IMG/VR virus record: IMGVR_UViG_3300033121_001553
Coordinates: 96,001 to 160,000 of that record
Length of the DNA stretch: 64,000 nt
Origin: a virus
Taxonomy: Duplodnaviria; Caudoviricetes
Strand: one strand, 5' to 3'
The position numbers and the translations under genes were made by a program. Of this stretch, positions 19,197 through 31,133 are shown in pieces (the stretch's first letter is position 1; every line of letters starts with the position of its first letter). Under the pieces are notes generated by a model. The model had not been told where the DNA came from. It searched no databases and saw only the letters and a list, made by a program, of their open reading frames with translations.

Positions 19197-21517
19197 AAGT
19201 AATCTATTCTTGGCTTAAACACAATTGACTGACTGAATCGTTTTTCTATCGGTTGCGCAAGATGAGCTCTGATCACGACATTGAAATTCGAGTCATGAAA
19301 ATTGATTCGCGATATCTTCACGATGGGCTCATCTTGAGCTGCGTATCTGTAGCTAGATGTACCATAGACAAAGTTTGTATTTGAAGATGTGTTGTAATGT
19401 CCCGCAGGAGCAATAGCTGTTAGCTTTACAACGTTAACATCACGTGAACCTTCAAATTCCATACCATAGCTATCATTACCAAATGGGTAAAGATGCGGTG
19501 ACTTTACGAATACTATACCTTGCTCGTAAAAGATATTACCAACGCTGTTCCAAGCTGATGCTGATGTTACGCAGTTCGCTCTGTAAAGATTACCGTTACC
19601 ATCGTCACGTAGCAGAACGCTTAGCGCTCCGTTCGTTCCAGAAAGGCTGCTGCTAAGCTTGAACGTACCAGGCGTTATCTTGTCACCGTAGTACAAATTG
19701 CTAATGCTAAAAACAGTGATTTGATTTGAATTACTATCTTTTGTTCTGTTGAATATCGTTAGAGCGCTACCTGGAGCATTTTTGATGTCTCCTGTTTCTG
19801 GCGCAACACCACCTATCACCTTGTCTATGCTAGATGTTGCTTGTATAAATCTTCCAGCAAGCAATGAAGAAGTAGATATCAAATCACGAAGATTTATCCA
19901 GCTGCCATCTGATGTGTCTGTGGAGTCACGGTAGTGGTTGTTGGCAGCTGTTACGTACGTTGATATAACACCAAGATTCGGTATGTAGTTACCGTCATCG
20001 CATGGTAGAATCAAAAGATTTCTCGCGATGAAACTCCCGCTTTGGTACAGAAGATCGTTAGCTGGAGCTGCAGCTGTTGTAGTTGAAATCTCATGAGCTA
20101 GCATGTTGTATGCTAGCGGATATCGTTTTGAACCAAAGTCATACAGAAAATTTTCGATATTTATTAGATGTCCGCCAACAGAAAACGCCAGCGATGTGTT
20201 AAAAGGTGTTTCTGTAGATCCGTCTGACGCGTAGAAAGGCGTTTCGAGAATGCCGCCGTAACCATCGACTGCGCTTCTCGTTGGACTCGTTGGAATGAAA
20301 TAAGGTGGAAGATAGAAGGCAACATCACGCATGTCGCTGCTACCAGTGCACGTCATTTCTTCAATTTCACGATTTGTTACGTATCGTTTGATGATCTTCA
20401 AATCATGAATTTCAGCACGCAGTCTGTGTCTAAAGTTGAAATTTGCGGGCTCTTCTGTCGCTGGCGTTGTAGTGACATTTATAAGTCCCTCACGCGTTGA
20501 TGGATTTGTCGCAAACCACAGTGCTTGAGCATTTCCACCTGTATTATTACCCTCATAAAAATTTCCAACAAACAACGCGTTTGAACTCAAACTGTTCAAC
20601 GATGACGATGGAACAACGAATGTTCCTCTTAGCGTACCATCTACGTAAAAACTACCAGTTCCACGATCACGTGAATTCGTACCCCATCGTACAAGCACAT
20701 GATGCCACGCGTTAAGTTTCAAACAGTCATCTGAGTAAAATGCTAGATCACGTGGATACGCTGCCGCAACGCTTGGGTTTAGCTCGCTTGGTCTCTTTTC
20801 TGCTGTACGTTCTAGCTGAAGTGCTACGCGAAACGTATTTGCTCTACCGTACTGATCACGTCCAGATCCAGTTATAAGAGACAAACAGTAGCTAGACGAT
20901 ACATGCACAATAGCGCCAGCAGTAATTGGCACAGATGAATCATCAGCTGAATTTGGTTTTATGTACGTTTCTATTGTGAATGCACCAGTGACGGTGTACT
21001 CGCTACCGGTCATTGGGTAGATAAGAACAGACGCAGTTGGTACATTCGAGCAAGAAAAGAAATTAAGACAGTTGTAATTCGTATAAGCATACTGCGCTGC
21101 ATTCGAGTATAGTCTCTGTTCACGCAGCAAGCTATTCTTTACAAGTGACTTAACAGCAAACTTATCATTGTACACAAATCCTGGTACAATTCTATCAATC
21201 AACTGCGTTGCTGAATTTCTTCTGCTTTGGTTACGACGATTTACTTCGCTCATATAAGCAGACATTACGCTTGCGTTACTGCTGCCAACACGACCGAGCA
21301 AAGACGCCTTCTTCAGTATATCGTCTATCGACTGATCGTTAGCTGCGCTATCACCGAGGCTCGACGATAGAGAAATGTCTTTCTCTATCGTCGAGCTTCT
21401 ACCGAGCACAGTCAGAGAGCCAGTTACACCAGTTGAGCTGCTAACGTAGACGCGCTTTGGATTTACGCGCAGCGCGTAGATCTCAACATCGTTTTGCGTC
21501 AAACGTTGCGTTGTCAT
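19196..21517 (-). CDS. Virion structural protein with LamG-like domain, TTA stop
   Basis: FTIETYIKP, WHHVLVRW, EIHDLKI LamG-like strands; C-terminal domain paralogous to 21530-22720, ending PRIDY-TTA. Confidence 0.75.
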
Positions 21518-21529
21518 AAGCGAAAGCTC

Positions 21530-22720
21530 TCAGTAGTCGATCCTTAGACGTAGCGACAAGTCTTTCTCTGGATTCTTTTCAACTGGACGAGAAAGCTTAC
21601 CAACTGCTAGCAAGTTATCGTTTGCATCGTACAGTCCAACTGTCGTAACCATCGTAAACGACTGCTGCGTATCTTCCTGTCCCTCGTCGATCACAACGAT
21701 TCTATTGTTACTGTCAATAAATGTTGGGTTAGAAGAGTAGTTGAACTCATCTGCGCTTGCTCTGCAGAATACAAGTGTTGAGTTGATGTTTGTAACATTC
21801 TGGAATGTCATGGCTGTAATCGAACCAGACGAGAATCTAACTCCACAGATATGATCAAGAATATTGTCGATAGAACCGCTTACAACAAAGTCTGGTATAA
21901 ATGCAGCATTTGCATTACCAGATCCAGCGCGGCCAATAACCATCTGCCCAGTTGAGTTAACAGCGTCAACTGTACCTGTCATGAACTGACTTCCTGACGT
22001 AATTCTGTTCAAGTCAAGAACAATGATGCCGCGATCATAAAAAACCAGACCACCGTAATTTGCAGTGTTTGATGAATTTACGATATTACCGACCTGACCA
22101 CCGTATGTAGTAATCTTATTCGTTGATGAACCAACATCTGTGTAAACTGTCGCTCCAAGCGTTGTTGGGGCACCAAGGTTCGACTGCGCTGCTGTCGTAG
22201 ACGCCGTCTGATAGAACTGCAACGCGAGTGTCTCTCTCTTTATCTGATCACGTGAAAAGAGACGTTTCATGCAAATGAAAAGCGCACAGTCTATTTTTTC
22301 ATTTGCGTTAGTTGAATCGAACGGAGAGGCAAATTGCAGATCCTTATCACCAAGCAATGTTTGCGCAAACTGCTGATATATCGACATCTTCTCTCTCATC
22401 ATCAAGCTTGACGACGGGAAAAGTGGCTTACCAGCAGCATCTTCGCTTAGTTTCGATGAGCTAACGGTTGAACCGTTCGGATAAAGCCCAACTGTAATAT
22501 CAAAGATCGGATTTGCAGTTTGATAAGTAAAATCCTGATCGTAAACTGTCTGAAACAAGCTTGACGTAACGCCGGGTCCGAGCCCACCAGTAACGAATAC
22601 TTGATATTTCTTACGTGATGTGCTACCAGAAACGTCTTCCTGTATCACGTCGATAATCTGTGATAGAGAAGAACGCTGAACTTTTATATCGTTGCTGTTA
22701 ATTTCTTTAAATGTTGCCAT
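21530..22720 (-). CDS. Virion (baseplate/tail) structural protein
   Basis: EFNYSSNPTF...TTVGLYDANDNLLAVGKLSRPVEK...LRIDY-TGA C-terminal domain. Confidence 0.75.
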   Translation of the reverse strand: MATFKEINSNDIKVQRSSLSQIIDVIQEDVSGSTSRKKYQVFVTGGLGPGVTSSLFQTVYDQDFTYQTANPIFDITVGLYPNGSTVSSSKLSEDAAGKPLFPSSSLMMREKMSIYQQFAQTLLGDKDLQFASPFDSTNANEKIDCALFICMKRLFSRDQIKRETLALQFYQTASTTAAQSNLGAPTTLGATVYTDVGSSTNKITTYGGQVGNIVNSSNTANYGGLVFYDRGIIVLDLNRITSGSQFMTGTVDAVNSTGQMVIGRAGSGNANAAFIPDFVVSGSIDNILDHICGVRFSSGSITAMTFQNVTNINSTLVFCRASADEFNYSSNPTFIDSNNRIVVIDEGQEDTQQSFTMVTTVGLYDANDNLLAVGKLSRPVEKNPEKDLSLRLRIDY

Positions 22721-22722
22721 TC

Positions 22723-23439
22723 TCAGTCGCCCTTGCGGATATTAACTCTGAATTCTGAAACTGCGCCGCTTTGAGCGCCAGTGACCCTAACATACGTTGC
22801 TATCACGTTTTTGTCAGCTGTTGTACCGTAGATCGTAAATTGAGCGTCTGTTATCGACTTTACTGAAAGAGCAAATTGAAGTATGCTACCTTGATAGCTA
22901 TTTTCTGTTGGTGATCTCGACAAGATGTAAGTTGCACGTTGCTGAGCGTCTATGCTGTCTGGCGTCTGTCTCAATATCTGAAGGAAAATGTTTGAAAGCT
23001 CAACGATGAATACCTGATCTCTTAGTTCTGGATCTATCGTAGGCTCGTTTATGATCGTCTGCTCACATGTTATCGATGCTGTGAGCTTACGTACACTTCC
23101 AAGCGAAACAACAGATGTAGAACTTGAAACGTTTGAATCTCCAGAAAGCGAAAGCGACGGCAAGCGAACTAGATTTGGATTAGACACGCTGATCATTTTG
23201 TACTTCAACGCGTTGCCTGCCGATGTTATTCCTTCGAAAATCGGAGTATTCTTCTCTATTTTTTCTTTTCCAACTGATCTACCGTATCGTTTGATCACAG
23301 TATAGTCAACTTCATCATCGCCAAACGCAAATTTTGCTATAGCGAAGCTACCATCATTTTTCGCTAGAAGTTGTCTGCCAACATCAGTTAGCACTGTATC
23401 AAGAATTATGTTATTGGTCGAGCCGTCAAGAAATCCCAT
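22723..23439 (-). CDS. Virion structural protein
   Basis: MGFLD...ILDTVLTDVGRQLLA...KFAFGDDEVDY; N-terminus paralogous to 31134-31988. Confidence 0.7.
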   Translation of the reverse strand: MGFLDGSTNNIILDTVLTDVGRQLLAKNDGSFAIAKFAFGDDEVDYTVIKRYGRSVGKEKIEKNTPIFEGITSAGNALKYKMISVSNPNLVRLPSLSLSGDSNVSSSTSVVSLGSVRKLTASITCEQTIINEPTIDPELRDQVFIVELSNIFLQILRQTPDSIDAQQRATYILSRSPTENSYQGSILQFALSVKSITDAQFTIYGTTADKNVIATYVRVTGAQSGAVSEFRVNIRKGD

Positions 23440-23488
23440 TGTTTCTTCCTACGATTATAGCTAGCTAGTAACGTGCGTATTTCTACGT

Positions 23489-25261
23489 TCAAACTTTTAT
23501 TTTTGACTGTGCCTTGAACGAGTCGTTCAGCTCAATGTTGAACGAGTCGCTGTCACCATTTTTAACATCTATGATTCCAACGACGTAATAACTACCATCA
23601 GACGTAGTTGCTGCGTGTTTAATTTGCATATCATCTGTATCTGTTAGCGTAAAAGCGTCTGGTGATAGTGTAACTGTCATCTGATCGCAGTTTTCATCGA
23701 TATTATCGACAAACGCGTTTGTTTCAACGTAAACATTTGGGTACACACGTGGTGCACCAGATCTTGAGATACGCTTAACGAGCAACTTATTTTTGAATAC
23801 ATCGAATGTCACGCTGAACTGTTCGGAGTAATTTGATATGAAGCCGTGAGCATCAACGCAGCATACAGCGTAGATAAATTTGCTTGTTTGTGTTGTAATA
23901 CCAGCCGTATCTACGTACGACACAACAAATTCATCATCAATGTAATAACACAGTGGTGAGTTAAGTTTTTGAACGATGCTACTTGGTATACCCTCAACGT
24001 CTGATACCTTAACAGCAGATTTATCAAAATCGTAAATTTTCAATATTTCATATGGTTCTGTTATCGACCTTCTACGCATTATTTGAAATTTTACAATATC
24101 ACGTTGCTTGTTTACCGGCAGCGTCCAATGCACCATAAGCCTTTTGTGCTCGTAATCCCAATTGAAGCTTAGATCATTCACAGCTGGCGGTGGAGTTTCT
24201 TCGACAGTATCAACGTAGCTTCTTACTGGTTTTGACGCAATCAAATAACGAGAAAGTACGCGTTTTCCATCTTCGTCAATCGTTGGTATAGCCACGCTAC
24301 AAACGGCTCTAATTGAGTAAACGTATGTTTTTCCATACAGAATATTCACGTCAGCGTAGTTGTAAGACTTGTAACCAGAAACACAGATTGTTTCAACATA
24401 TCTTGTGTCGCCAGAAGGCAAGCACTCGTGCTTATCAATGATGTATCCGATCATATAAGAAGTGCTTGCTGTGGCTGACTTTGCGTCAGTCGACAAAATA
24501 GAATTTGTATTTGTGTCGTACGTCTGACTTAGATGCGCGTACGGATCTGTTTTAGAGACAGACGTAAATTTTGCAGCTTCAGTTGCTGTTGCGATTAGAT
24601 TTGTCGAAACGAATGATGATGGATCTTTACACGCCTCGTGCAGCAGCTGCGCTGAGAACTTCGTCTTCATCGACATCGTTAGCTTAACATCGTCAATACC
24701 ACGCACTGCAAACTTTTTATTTGCACTATATCTATATCCACTCTGACTAGGATTTTTTTTCATTGACGCTGTTTTAAGCTTACCACTTTGATCGTAGATT
24801 GGAGCGCCGCCAATCGTCTGATTCAATGAATGAGAGCTTGATACTGTCGTCTGGACTCTTGACGCAAGCTCATTATCGTCAAAAGACACTGTCGTGTATT
24901 CAGAGTAAGAAAAGTCATCTTCTGACAGTATGAACTTCAAATTTCTTTTCAAGAAATCTGCATCAAATGTCGCTGCTGCTTCTTGTGTAGGCGAATATCC
25001 ATTAGTTTCGTCGTATCTATTTGTAAAAATTATAGGACGCCATGCAAGCTTTACGTAACGTGGCACTCTTGATGACGCGTAGTCAAAATACGCGTCTGAT
25101 ACATTCGCTCCAAGCTTTTTTACGATCGTCTGACTGTATTTTGGTTTTTCATTTACTGACTCGTCTTGCACGTAAAAGTCATAAACGAAGTTTGATGTGA
25201 ATCCTCTGACTTCTGGTATATCGACGACCGTTGCTTTTATAGATGGGAAAGTACTTGTCAT
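23489..25261 (-). CDS. Hypothetical virion protein (FN3-like segments)
   Basis: 590-aa ORF; YADVNILYGKTYVYSIRAV, PPAVNDL, YAVCCVD. Confidence 0.6.
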   Translation of the reverse strand: MTSTFPSIKATVVDIPEVRGFTSNFVYDFYVQDESVNEKPKYSQTIVKKLGANVSDAYFDYASSRVPRYVKLAWRPIIFTNRYDETNGYSPTQEAAATFDADFLKRNLKFILSEDDFSYSEYTTVSFDDNELASRVQTTVSSSHSLNQTIGGAPIYDQSGKLKTASMKKNPSQSGYRYSANKKFAVRGIDDVKLTMSMKTKFSAQLLHEACKDPSSFVSTNLIATATEAAKFTSVSKTDPYAHLSQTYDTNTNSILSTDAKSATASTSYMIGYIIDKHECLPSGDTRYVETICVSGYKSYNYADVNILYGKTYVYSIRAVCSVAIPTIDEDGKRVLSRYLIASKPVRSYVDTVEETPPPAVNDLSFNWDYEHKRLMVHWTLPVNKQRDIVKFQIMRRRSITEPYEILKIYDFDKSAVKVSDVEGIPSSIVQKLNSPLCYYIDDEFVVSYVDTAGITTQTSKFIYAVCCVDAHGFISNYSEQFSVTFDVFKNKLLVKRISRSGAPRVYPNVYVETNAFVDNIDENCDQMTVTLSPDAFTLTDTDDMQIKHAATTSDGSYYVVGIIDVKNGDSDSFNIELNDSFKAQSKIKV

Positions 25262-28200
25262 TTTTTAGCACCATACGTTTCTACAACAACAAAATACTCT
25301 TCCAACGCAGCTTCTGAGTTCTTTCCACGTCTTTCTACTAGCTTGTACGTTCTATCTGACGATAGCTGATTAAACTGTTCGCTGTTTTTGTAGCTCCCGC
25401 TTCCACCCGACGTTTGCTTTTTCTCTTCAACAATTTTACCAGACTTTAGCAATGCTTTGTATATCGCTTTGCCTTCCTCTGTCTTCAGAGTTTCATCGAT
25501 ATCAATTTCATAGTCATCTGGATCAACAGCTATGTGAAAAACACGATCAAATGCTTTCGGCATCACAGCAGCGCTAATCAACGTTTCACTTGTTGAAAGT
25601 GAATTATACGTTTTGTTTATATACGAGCACGCCTCTGCCAACGATAGCAACTTTTCTTTTTGCTTATTGGTTGCACCGTCAAATGTTGACTTCACATTTT
25701 CTGTTGTTGTCGTTTGAGCGATCTGCTGACTTGCTTTATTTTGCGACACTGCTCCAGCTGATGCGATACCAACATTCTGTATTTTAACAGCTTGTGCCAG
25801 CTGGTTCCACGTTGTCTGTGCGACGTTATTAAACGTTTCTATTGGATCCATTATATAAAGTGAATTTTCATTCACTTGCAAACCTGTCATTAGTCTGATA
25901 TACAACTCTAGTATAAAGCTCATTGAATGATTATCGAGTATTTCGTTCTTATCTTTTTGCGATAGAAATGAATACGAAGTGCTTGTTCTGATGTCGTCGC
26001 CGTTTTCATCGTAAACATCGATTTCAAGTGATTTTCCGGCTCCCTTGAAACGTTCATTTCTTGAGAGTTCAAACAAGAATTTTTTTGGCTTAAAAACGAT
26101 TTCTTGGTATTCAAGATCATTTTTATATACGCTAATGCTGATGATGTCGGTTTGCTGTTTCGTAGACTCAGTTCTTAGCAGCCTACGTAGCATAGCTGAC
26201 ATTCCATGTGTTATACCGATAGAAAGCAAACGTATGTTATCTCCGTCTGGACTCTTGAATTTTGACGTTGATAGCTTTTTTTCAACAAGAGAGAATGCTT
26301 CATCAAGCTTTGTAATCTCTACTTCGTCACCAAGCATAAAATAATGCTGATTTCTTTTTTCTGTGAATTCACTATCAAACTGTTTCAATGCGTTATTCGC
26401 AAGCCTCAGCTGCTCAGCATTGTACAGAAAGGGTAGCGCTGCGCCAACATAAGAACGCAAACTCGCAACAGAAGTTTTGTAGTCGTTATCATTGATGATC
26501 GACAAAACTTCTGATATTGAATTCTTTAGCGTTAGCAAATGACCAAGCAATGCTGTTATACATTTTGAAGTTTTGATCTCTTCAGATCTCATTCGTTTCA
26601 AACAAGCTGTGCCGATCTCTGATGACTTATCGCCTTGATCAACTTTTATCGTAAATTTGCTGAACCAGTCATTCTGCGGTATGAAATTTGTATACGTTAC
26701 GTTTGATATCGCGCCATACAAAGAAATCATTGCTGAGAATATCATGTACGACAGCGTTGTCTGCTTCAGCCCGGTGTATCTCGTACGTCCATCTATGAAA
26801 ATATTCTCAACGCTATCATTGCTGTACGCGTAGTTGATCCAGTCGTACAACGCTTTCATTACGACGTTATTCTCTGTTGAGTCATGCTCAAGTATCTTGA
26901 ACAGAGACTCATCTGTTATTTCAACTGTTTGAGAGCTTATAACGTTATTTGTTCCAACAGCTTTTCTTATTGCGAATACTAGCTGAACTGATGCCCTCTC
27001 TATTGCAGCCATAACTGGTGATTGAGAGTTATTCTTTGATGCAGCACTCTTGTATTTGAGCCTCAAGAGAGAAAAATACGTAAACAATGCTGCGAGCACG
27101 TTATCGTTTCTTGATGCTATTTCTATCATTGCAAGAGCATGAGCGATAACATTCGTTGGCATAGACGACTCTACAAACCCAGTCTTTGTAGACTTTACTG
27201 GTTTCTTGATCCTCGTCTCTCCAATAGTTCCAGCTGTAAAATCAACAACAGCGAGATGATCTAGCAATGACAAAAACAACGTATCATGTTCTTTTGCACT
27301 TGTTGCTTGATCTTTAGGATCTGCGGTTATTGCGTATGCATCGATGTACGACAAGAAACTAAGCATACCGCCGAATGTACTTGTCAGCAGCTTAAAAAGC
27401 GCATTGAGACGTTCAGGATTTGGCTCGCTTGTACCATCGAATCCAGCGAAATAATAGTCTGCTCCTGGTACAAAATCAATATTTGCGCCGACTGTATCAT
27501 TTCTTTCAAACAATGCAACATTTGCATTAGCGCGTCCTTCTGTGTAATTTTGCATACGCAATGAAGTCATTGCAGTATAAATTTGCGTCGTTGCATTCTG
27601 CTGATTATCGAACACATTCGACGGAAACTGCCCAAACACAGTATCAAACATCTTTCTATTACCTGCGTCTATTGGTGCGTACCCGTACTTCTGTAGTTCG
27701 CTAACGAATGATTCATTTTGCAATGCTGTCGAATATCTAACTTCCTTAGCAACTGAGTATAGCATCAATGCGCAATACTGCACTCTGTCAAGCGAGCCAA
27801 CATATTTTTTGATTTTTTGGCTCTCTGCTGTAATCGTGCTTATGACTTGTTCAACTGTTTCTGAATTTGTAGCTGATAGCTCTCGATCAGAGAGAATCAT
27901 ATCAGACATTCTAATGAATTTTGCAATATCAGAATTTGGTGTAACGAGCAGCTTATACTGTTCAGTATCATTTTGACGTGTTGTTGTATTACTACCAGCG
28001 TACTCTTGACTATGTCCAGCGAGCAAGTCACGTAGCTCATAAGCAAGCTGCATAAATTGTTTTGTTCCACTGAACTTTTGTATGTTCTGCTGCTTATAAC
28101 CAAGTTCCTTCAACGCATCAGCGTACGTAATAGTTTCACCCAACAACTTTACTAGCGCTGAGTATTCTATATCTGCATCTGCTGAATTTACGCCAGCAGA

Positions 28201-28890
28201 CTTCATGTACGAAAATACAGTCGTAAGCGTGTCTTTAACATTTATTTTAGCAACAGCCGGATCAAACAACAGCATCGTTGACTCAGACTTATCAACGTAA
28301 TTTCGCAAATAGTTGACATGTCTTCTGCTAATGATGCATTGCGAAAGATTATCTTTCTTTACTGTGTTATACAGTAGTTCAACAGCTTCGTTGTTAGCAG
28401 CAGCAACGCATACGTTATTTGTAAGCTTTTCTTGCATGCCAGCATACTCAGAGCTAAGTTTCATGCGATCGTAAGCGGGTGTTTCTCCGTGAACGCCCAC
28501 GATTGGCAAAAAATTTGTGATGCTAATAATTTCTGGTACGTAATGCGAAATACCGAGCTTCACCTTATACGTATTTTTTGGTGATTCTGCTACAGTCTGT
28601 TGAGGTTGTGATTTTGCTTGTGACTTTTGCTGTGGTGGAACTGCATTTTTAAATGCTGTGCTTGAATTTGCAACTTGCGTAGACTTTACGTTTGTCGCAA
28701 CAATGGACTTTGCAGTCATTCCATTGAGCGTGCCAACAACAGCGTCTGCGACTCCACCAACACTTGTTGCGTAGCTGCCCGGCGAAGTTGACTTCACTAC
28801 TGTAACAGTATCTGTAACTTGCGCTGTTGGCTGCGTGCTTACGCTGCTAGCTGGAACAGCTTCTGTAATTTTCTTTATCAATGAAGTCAT
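25258..28890 (-). CDS. Large hypothetical protein (1210 aa), probable virion component
   Basis: Long ORF with ATGA coupling at both ends. Confidence 0.65.
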   Translation of the reverse strand: MTSLIKKITEAVPASSVSTQPTAQVTDTVTVVKSTSPGSYATSVGGVADAVVGTLNGMTAKSIVATNVKSTQVANSSTAFKNAVPPQQKSQAKSQPQQTVAESPKNTYKVKLGISHYVPEIISITNFLPIVGVHGETPAYDRMKLSSEYAGMQEKLTNNVCVAAANNEAVELLYNTVKKDNLSQCIISRRHVNYLRNYVDKSESTMLLFDPAVAKINVKDTLTTVFSYMKSAGVNSADADIEYSALVKLLGETITYADALKELGYKQQNIQKFSGTKQFMQLAYELRDLLAGHSQEYAGSNTTTRQNDTEQYKLLVTPNSDIAKFIRMSDMILSDRELSATNSETVEQVISTITAESQKIKKYVGSLDRVQYCALMLYSVAKEVRYSTALQNESFVSELQKYGYAPIDAGNRKMFDTVFGQFPSNVFDNQQNATTQIYTAMTSLRMQNYTEGRANANVALFERNDTVGANIDFVPGADYYFAGFDGTSEPNPERLNALFKLLTSTFGGMLSFLSYIDAYAITADPKDQATSAKEHDTLFLSLLDHLAVVDFTAGTIGETRIKKPVKSTKTGFVESSMPTNVIAHALAMIEIASRNDNVLAALFTYFSLLRLKYKSAASKNNSQSPVMAAIERASVQLVFAIRKAVGTNNVISSQTVEITDESLFKILEHDSTENNVVMKALYDWINYAYSNDSVENIFIDGRTRYTGLKQTTLSYMIFSAMISLYGAISNVTYTNFIPQNDWFSKFTIKVDQGDKSSEIGTACLKRMRSEEIKTSKCITALLGHLLTLKNSISEVLSIINDNDYKTSVASLRSYVGAALPFLYNAEQLRLANNALKQFDSEFTEKRNQHYFMLGDEVEITKLDEAFSLVEKKLSTSKFKSPDGDNIRLLSIGITHGMSAMLRRLLRTESTKQQTDIISISVYKNDLEYQEIVFKPKKFLFELSRNERFKGAGKSLEIDVYDENGDDIRTSTSYSFLSQKDKNEILDNHSMSFILELYIRLMTGLQVNENSLYIMDPIETFNNVAQTTWNQLAQAVKIQNVGIASAGAVSQNKASQQIAQTTTTENVKSTFDGATNKQKEKLLSLAEACSYINKTYNSLSTSETLISAAVMPKAFDRVFHIAVDPDDYEIDIDETLKTEEGKAIYKALLKSGKIVEEKKQTSGGSGSYKNSEQFNQLSSDRTYKLVERRGKNSEAALEEYFVVVETYGAKK

Positions 28891-31118
28891 ATGTCAACCT
28901 GCGTTGTTATCTTTTTTCCGCTGCTGTAGTCAAGATAGAATGGTTTTACGCTGTATGTCATTGCACCGTCGTCTTCAGCATCAATGACGTAAACGTATTT
29001 TGATGTTCCGTACCCAGTAAGAACACGTGCGTGAGAAATTCCTATTACTTCATATGTTCCATCGTCATCGCACAGTCTTTCAAGAACGCATGAGTCAATG
29101 TCTGACGGTGACTTATCGTATCCCCACTCGAACATAAGCGTTGAGCTTGTGAGTCTTTTGACTGAGAAGTTTTTTAGACTTGTTCTCTGTTCTGCGAAGT
29201 CGACAGCAACTGACGCATAGACTCCTATCTTTCCAAACGCGAATTGCGAACCAACATATTTTTGTTTTTGCGTTTCTGGTGTGCTTATAACGCCAGCTTT
29301 TAGAGCCGTCGGATGCTTGAATTTGCTAATCGGAAATGTATATTGCTTACCTGTAGTCAAATCAGTCTTTTGAACTCTAAGATTTTCTACCATGGTTTCT
29401 GTATCACGTAGCATTGGTCTTACAGTATAGACGTACCTTACACCATTTGCTAGTCTTTGCGCGCCAGATGAGTCAGCGGCTGCTTTATCGCTGTACGTTC
29501 CAGCAGGAAAAATTCCCATGCTCTCTCTTTGACCGGTTGAAAGATTATGTCTTTCAACATCATAAACTATAACGGAACGCAATTTTTCACGGTTTGTAAG
29601 AAATTCATCACCGAAATATTTTTCTATATCGTATGACTTCAACGCAGCTCTAAATTTATCGTAGTCAGAATCTTCAAACGCAAATGAGATGCCGAACGTG
29701 ACTTCCGGGCTTCCATTTACGATCGATGTTTGCTGATTTTCAATCAAAACGCGCCCTATCTTTTTTGCATCGTCAAAATACTGAATTATTTCATTACCGA
29801 CGATCATGCTATTTCCGTACGTGTCATACGCTCTTAGCACATATTCGTATATGTGACCATTTTTCATTGACGTATCGACAACGTCAAGAGAAGCTACACG
29901 TGATGTTGTTGGTAGCTGTATGATTGAATTTTGTCTTGTTTTCGGAAAGCTAAATGACTCTACGATATCTCCAACTGCTACACGATCAGTTGTTTTCTCA
30001 TTCAACGTAAGATCACGTTTAAGAACCTGATATGACATAAATTCTTTCGACAGCTTCTCAACATTGATCTTCATGCCAAGATCTGTTTGAAATGCTCTTA
30101 TAACAACGTGCGAATCATGAAAATTTTTATTCTTGCCTGGTACGATAACTGATGTGTATTGACCACAAGAATTTTTCATTGAGTCTATTGCGACAATTTG
30201 AAAATGAGTTTCTCTATCTTCTGCAACAGATATCTTCGTTGTGATATCATCAGAAAAAAATAGCAGTTCAGACACAAGAGAATACTGCTCATTATTTCCA
30301 CGTTTGTAGATACGTACGCCCGTTGTATTCCTATCGCCACGTGTTATGTACAGTTTTGCTTGTCCGCATCCTATGCGGACAACTTTTGCTGCTGGTCTCG
30401 ATGTACGTTCAATAAACGCTGTTTTAGCGGATAGTATGTCAACGCTCTTTGTGATACTCTGTATCTTTTTTTCATTTGCATCACGTAGCGTAAATGTTAC
30501 AACAAGCTGATCTACCCTGTCAACAGAATTTGTTGTGAAAAAATACTCTGTTGGAAGATTTACTTTAACATCTCTCTTTATCGTATTGCTTTTTTCAACT
30601 CTGTCAAAAATTTTTGGTTTGATCAGCTGTTGTTTGTCTGTTACGATATTCTTTACGTCAGATAGCTTTTTCAACTTTACAGCTGATCTAACAGATGATT
30701 CTTCTGACGTTACTGTTTTTGTTAGACTGAAGTTTCTTACTGGTAGATGCGTGATCTTTGATCCAGTCGACTGACTGGATTTCATCTTTGAACGTGCTAT
30801 GTCTAGCAACGACACACGAGCGTCTGCAAGCGATGTAAGCTGATTTACAGTTTCTTGCTTGAAAGACGCAAATCCCTTTACGATGCTTGACGCATTCGTA
30901 ATCTGCGGTTTAAGTTGCTGTTTTGCTGCTTTTTGCGAGTCAATCTTAGATATTTCTATGCTAACAGTTGACGCTCCATACGCAGACGTTACATTGGCAT
31001 CAACATAAAACGTGATATTCGCTACGACAGATGAATTATCGTAACGTATAAAGTCAAAAAAATATTCTTCAACAGATACAGCTGGTATATCAAGTTTCTG
31101 TACTCTTGTAAGCATCAA
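28887..31118 (-). CDS. Hypothetical virion protein
   Basis: 743-aa ORF; FN3-like VDTSMKNGHIYEYVL. Confidence 0.6.
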   Translation of the reverse strand: MMLTRVQKLDIPAVSVEEYFFDFIRYDNSSVVANITFYVDANVTSAYGASTVSIEISKIDSQKAAKQQLKPQITNASSIVKGFASFKQETVNQLTSLADARVSLLDIARSKMKSSQSTGSKITHLPVRNFSLTKTVTSEESSVRSAVKLKKLSDVKNIVTDKQQLIKPKIFDRVEKSNTIKRDVKVNLPTEYFFTTNSVDRVDQLVVTFTLRDANEKKIQSITKSVDILSAKTAFIERTSRPAAKVVRIGCGQAKLYITRGDRNTTGVRIYKRGNNEQYSLVSELLFFSDDITTKISVAEDRETHFQIVAIDSMKNSCGQYTSVIVPGKNKNFHDSHVVIRAFQTDLGMKINVEKLSKEFMSYQVLKRDLTLNEKTTDRVAVGDIVESFSFPKTRQNSIIQLPTTSRVASLDVVDTSMKNGHIYEYVLRAYDTYGNSMIVGNEIIQYFDDAKKIGRVLIENQQTSIVNGSPEVTFGISFAFEDSDYDKFRAALKSYDIEKYFGDEFLTNREKLRSVIVYDVERHNLSTGQRESMGIFPAGTYSDKAAADSSGAQRLANGVRYVYTVRPMLRDTETMVENLRVQKTDLTTGKQYTFPISKFKHPTALKAGVISTPETQKQKYVGSQFAFGKIGVYASVAVDFAEQRTSLKNFSVKRLTSSTLMFEWGYDKSPSDIDSCVLERLCDDDGTYEVIGISHARVLTGYGTSKYVYVIDAEDDGAMTYSVKPFYLDYSSGKKITTQVDI

Positions 31119-31133
31119 CGTTAATAATCATTG

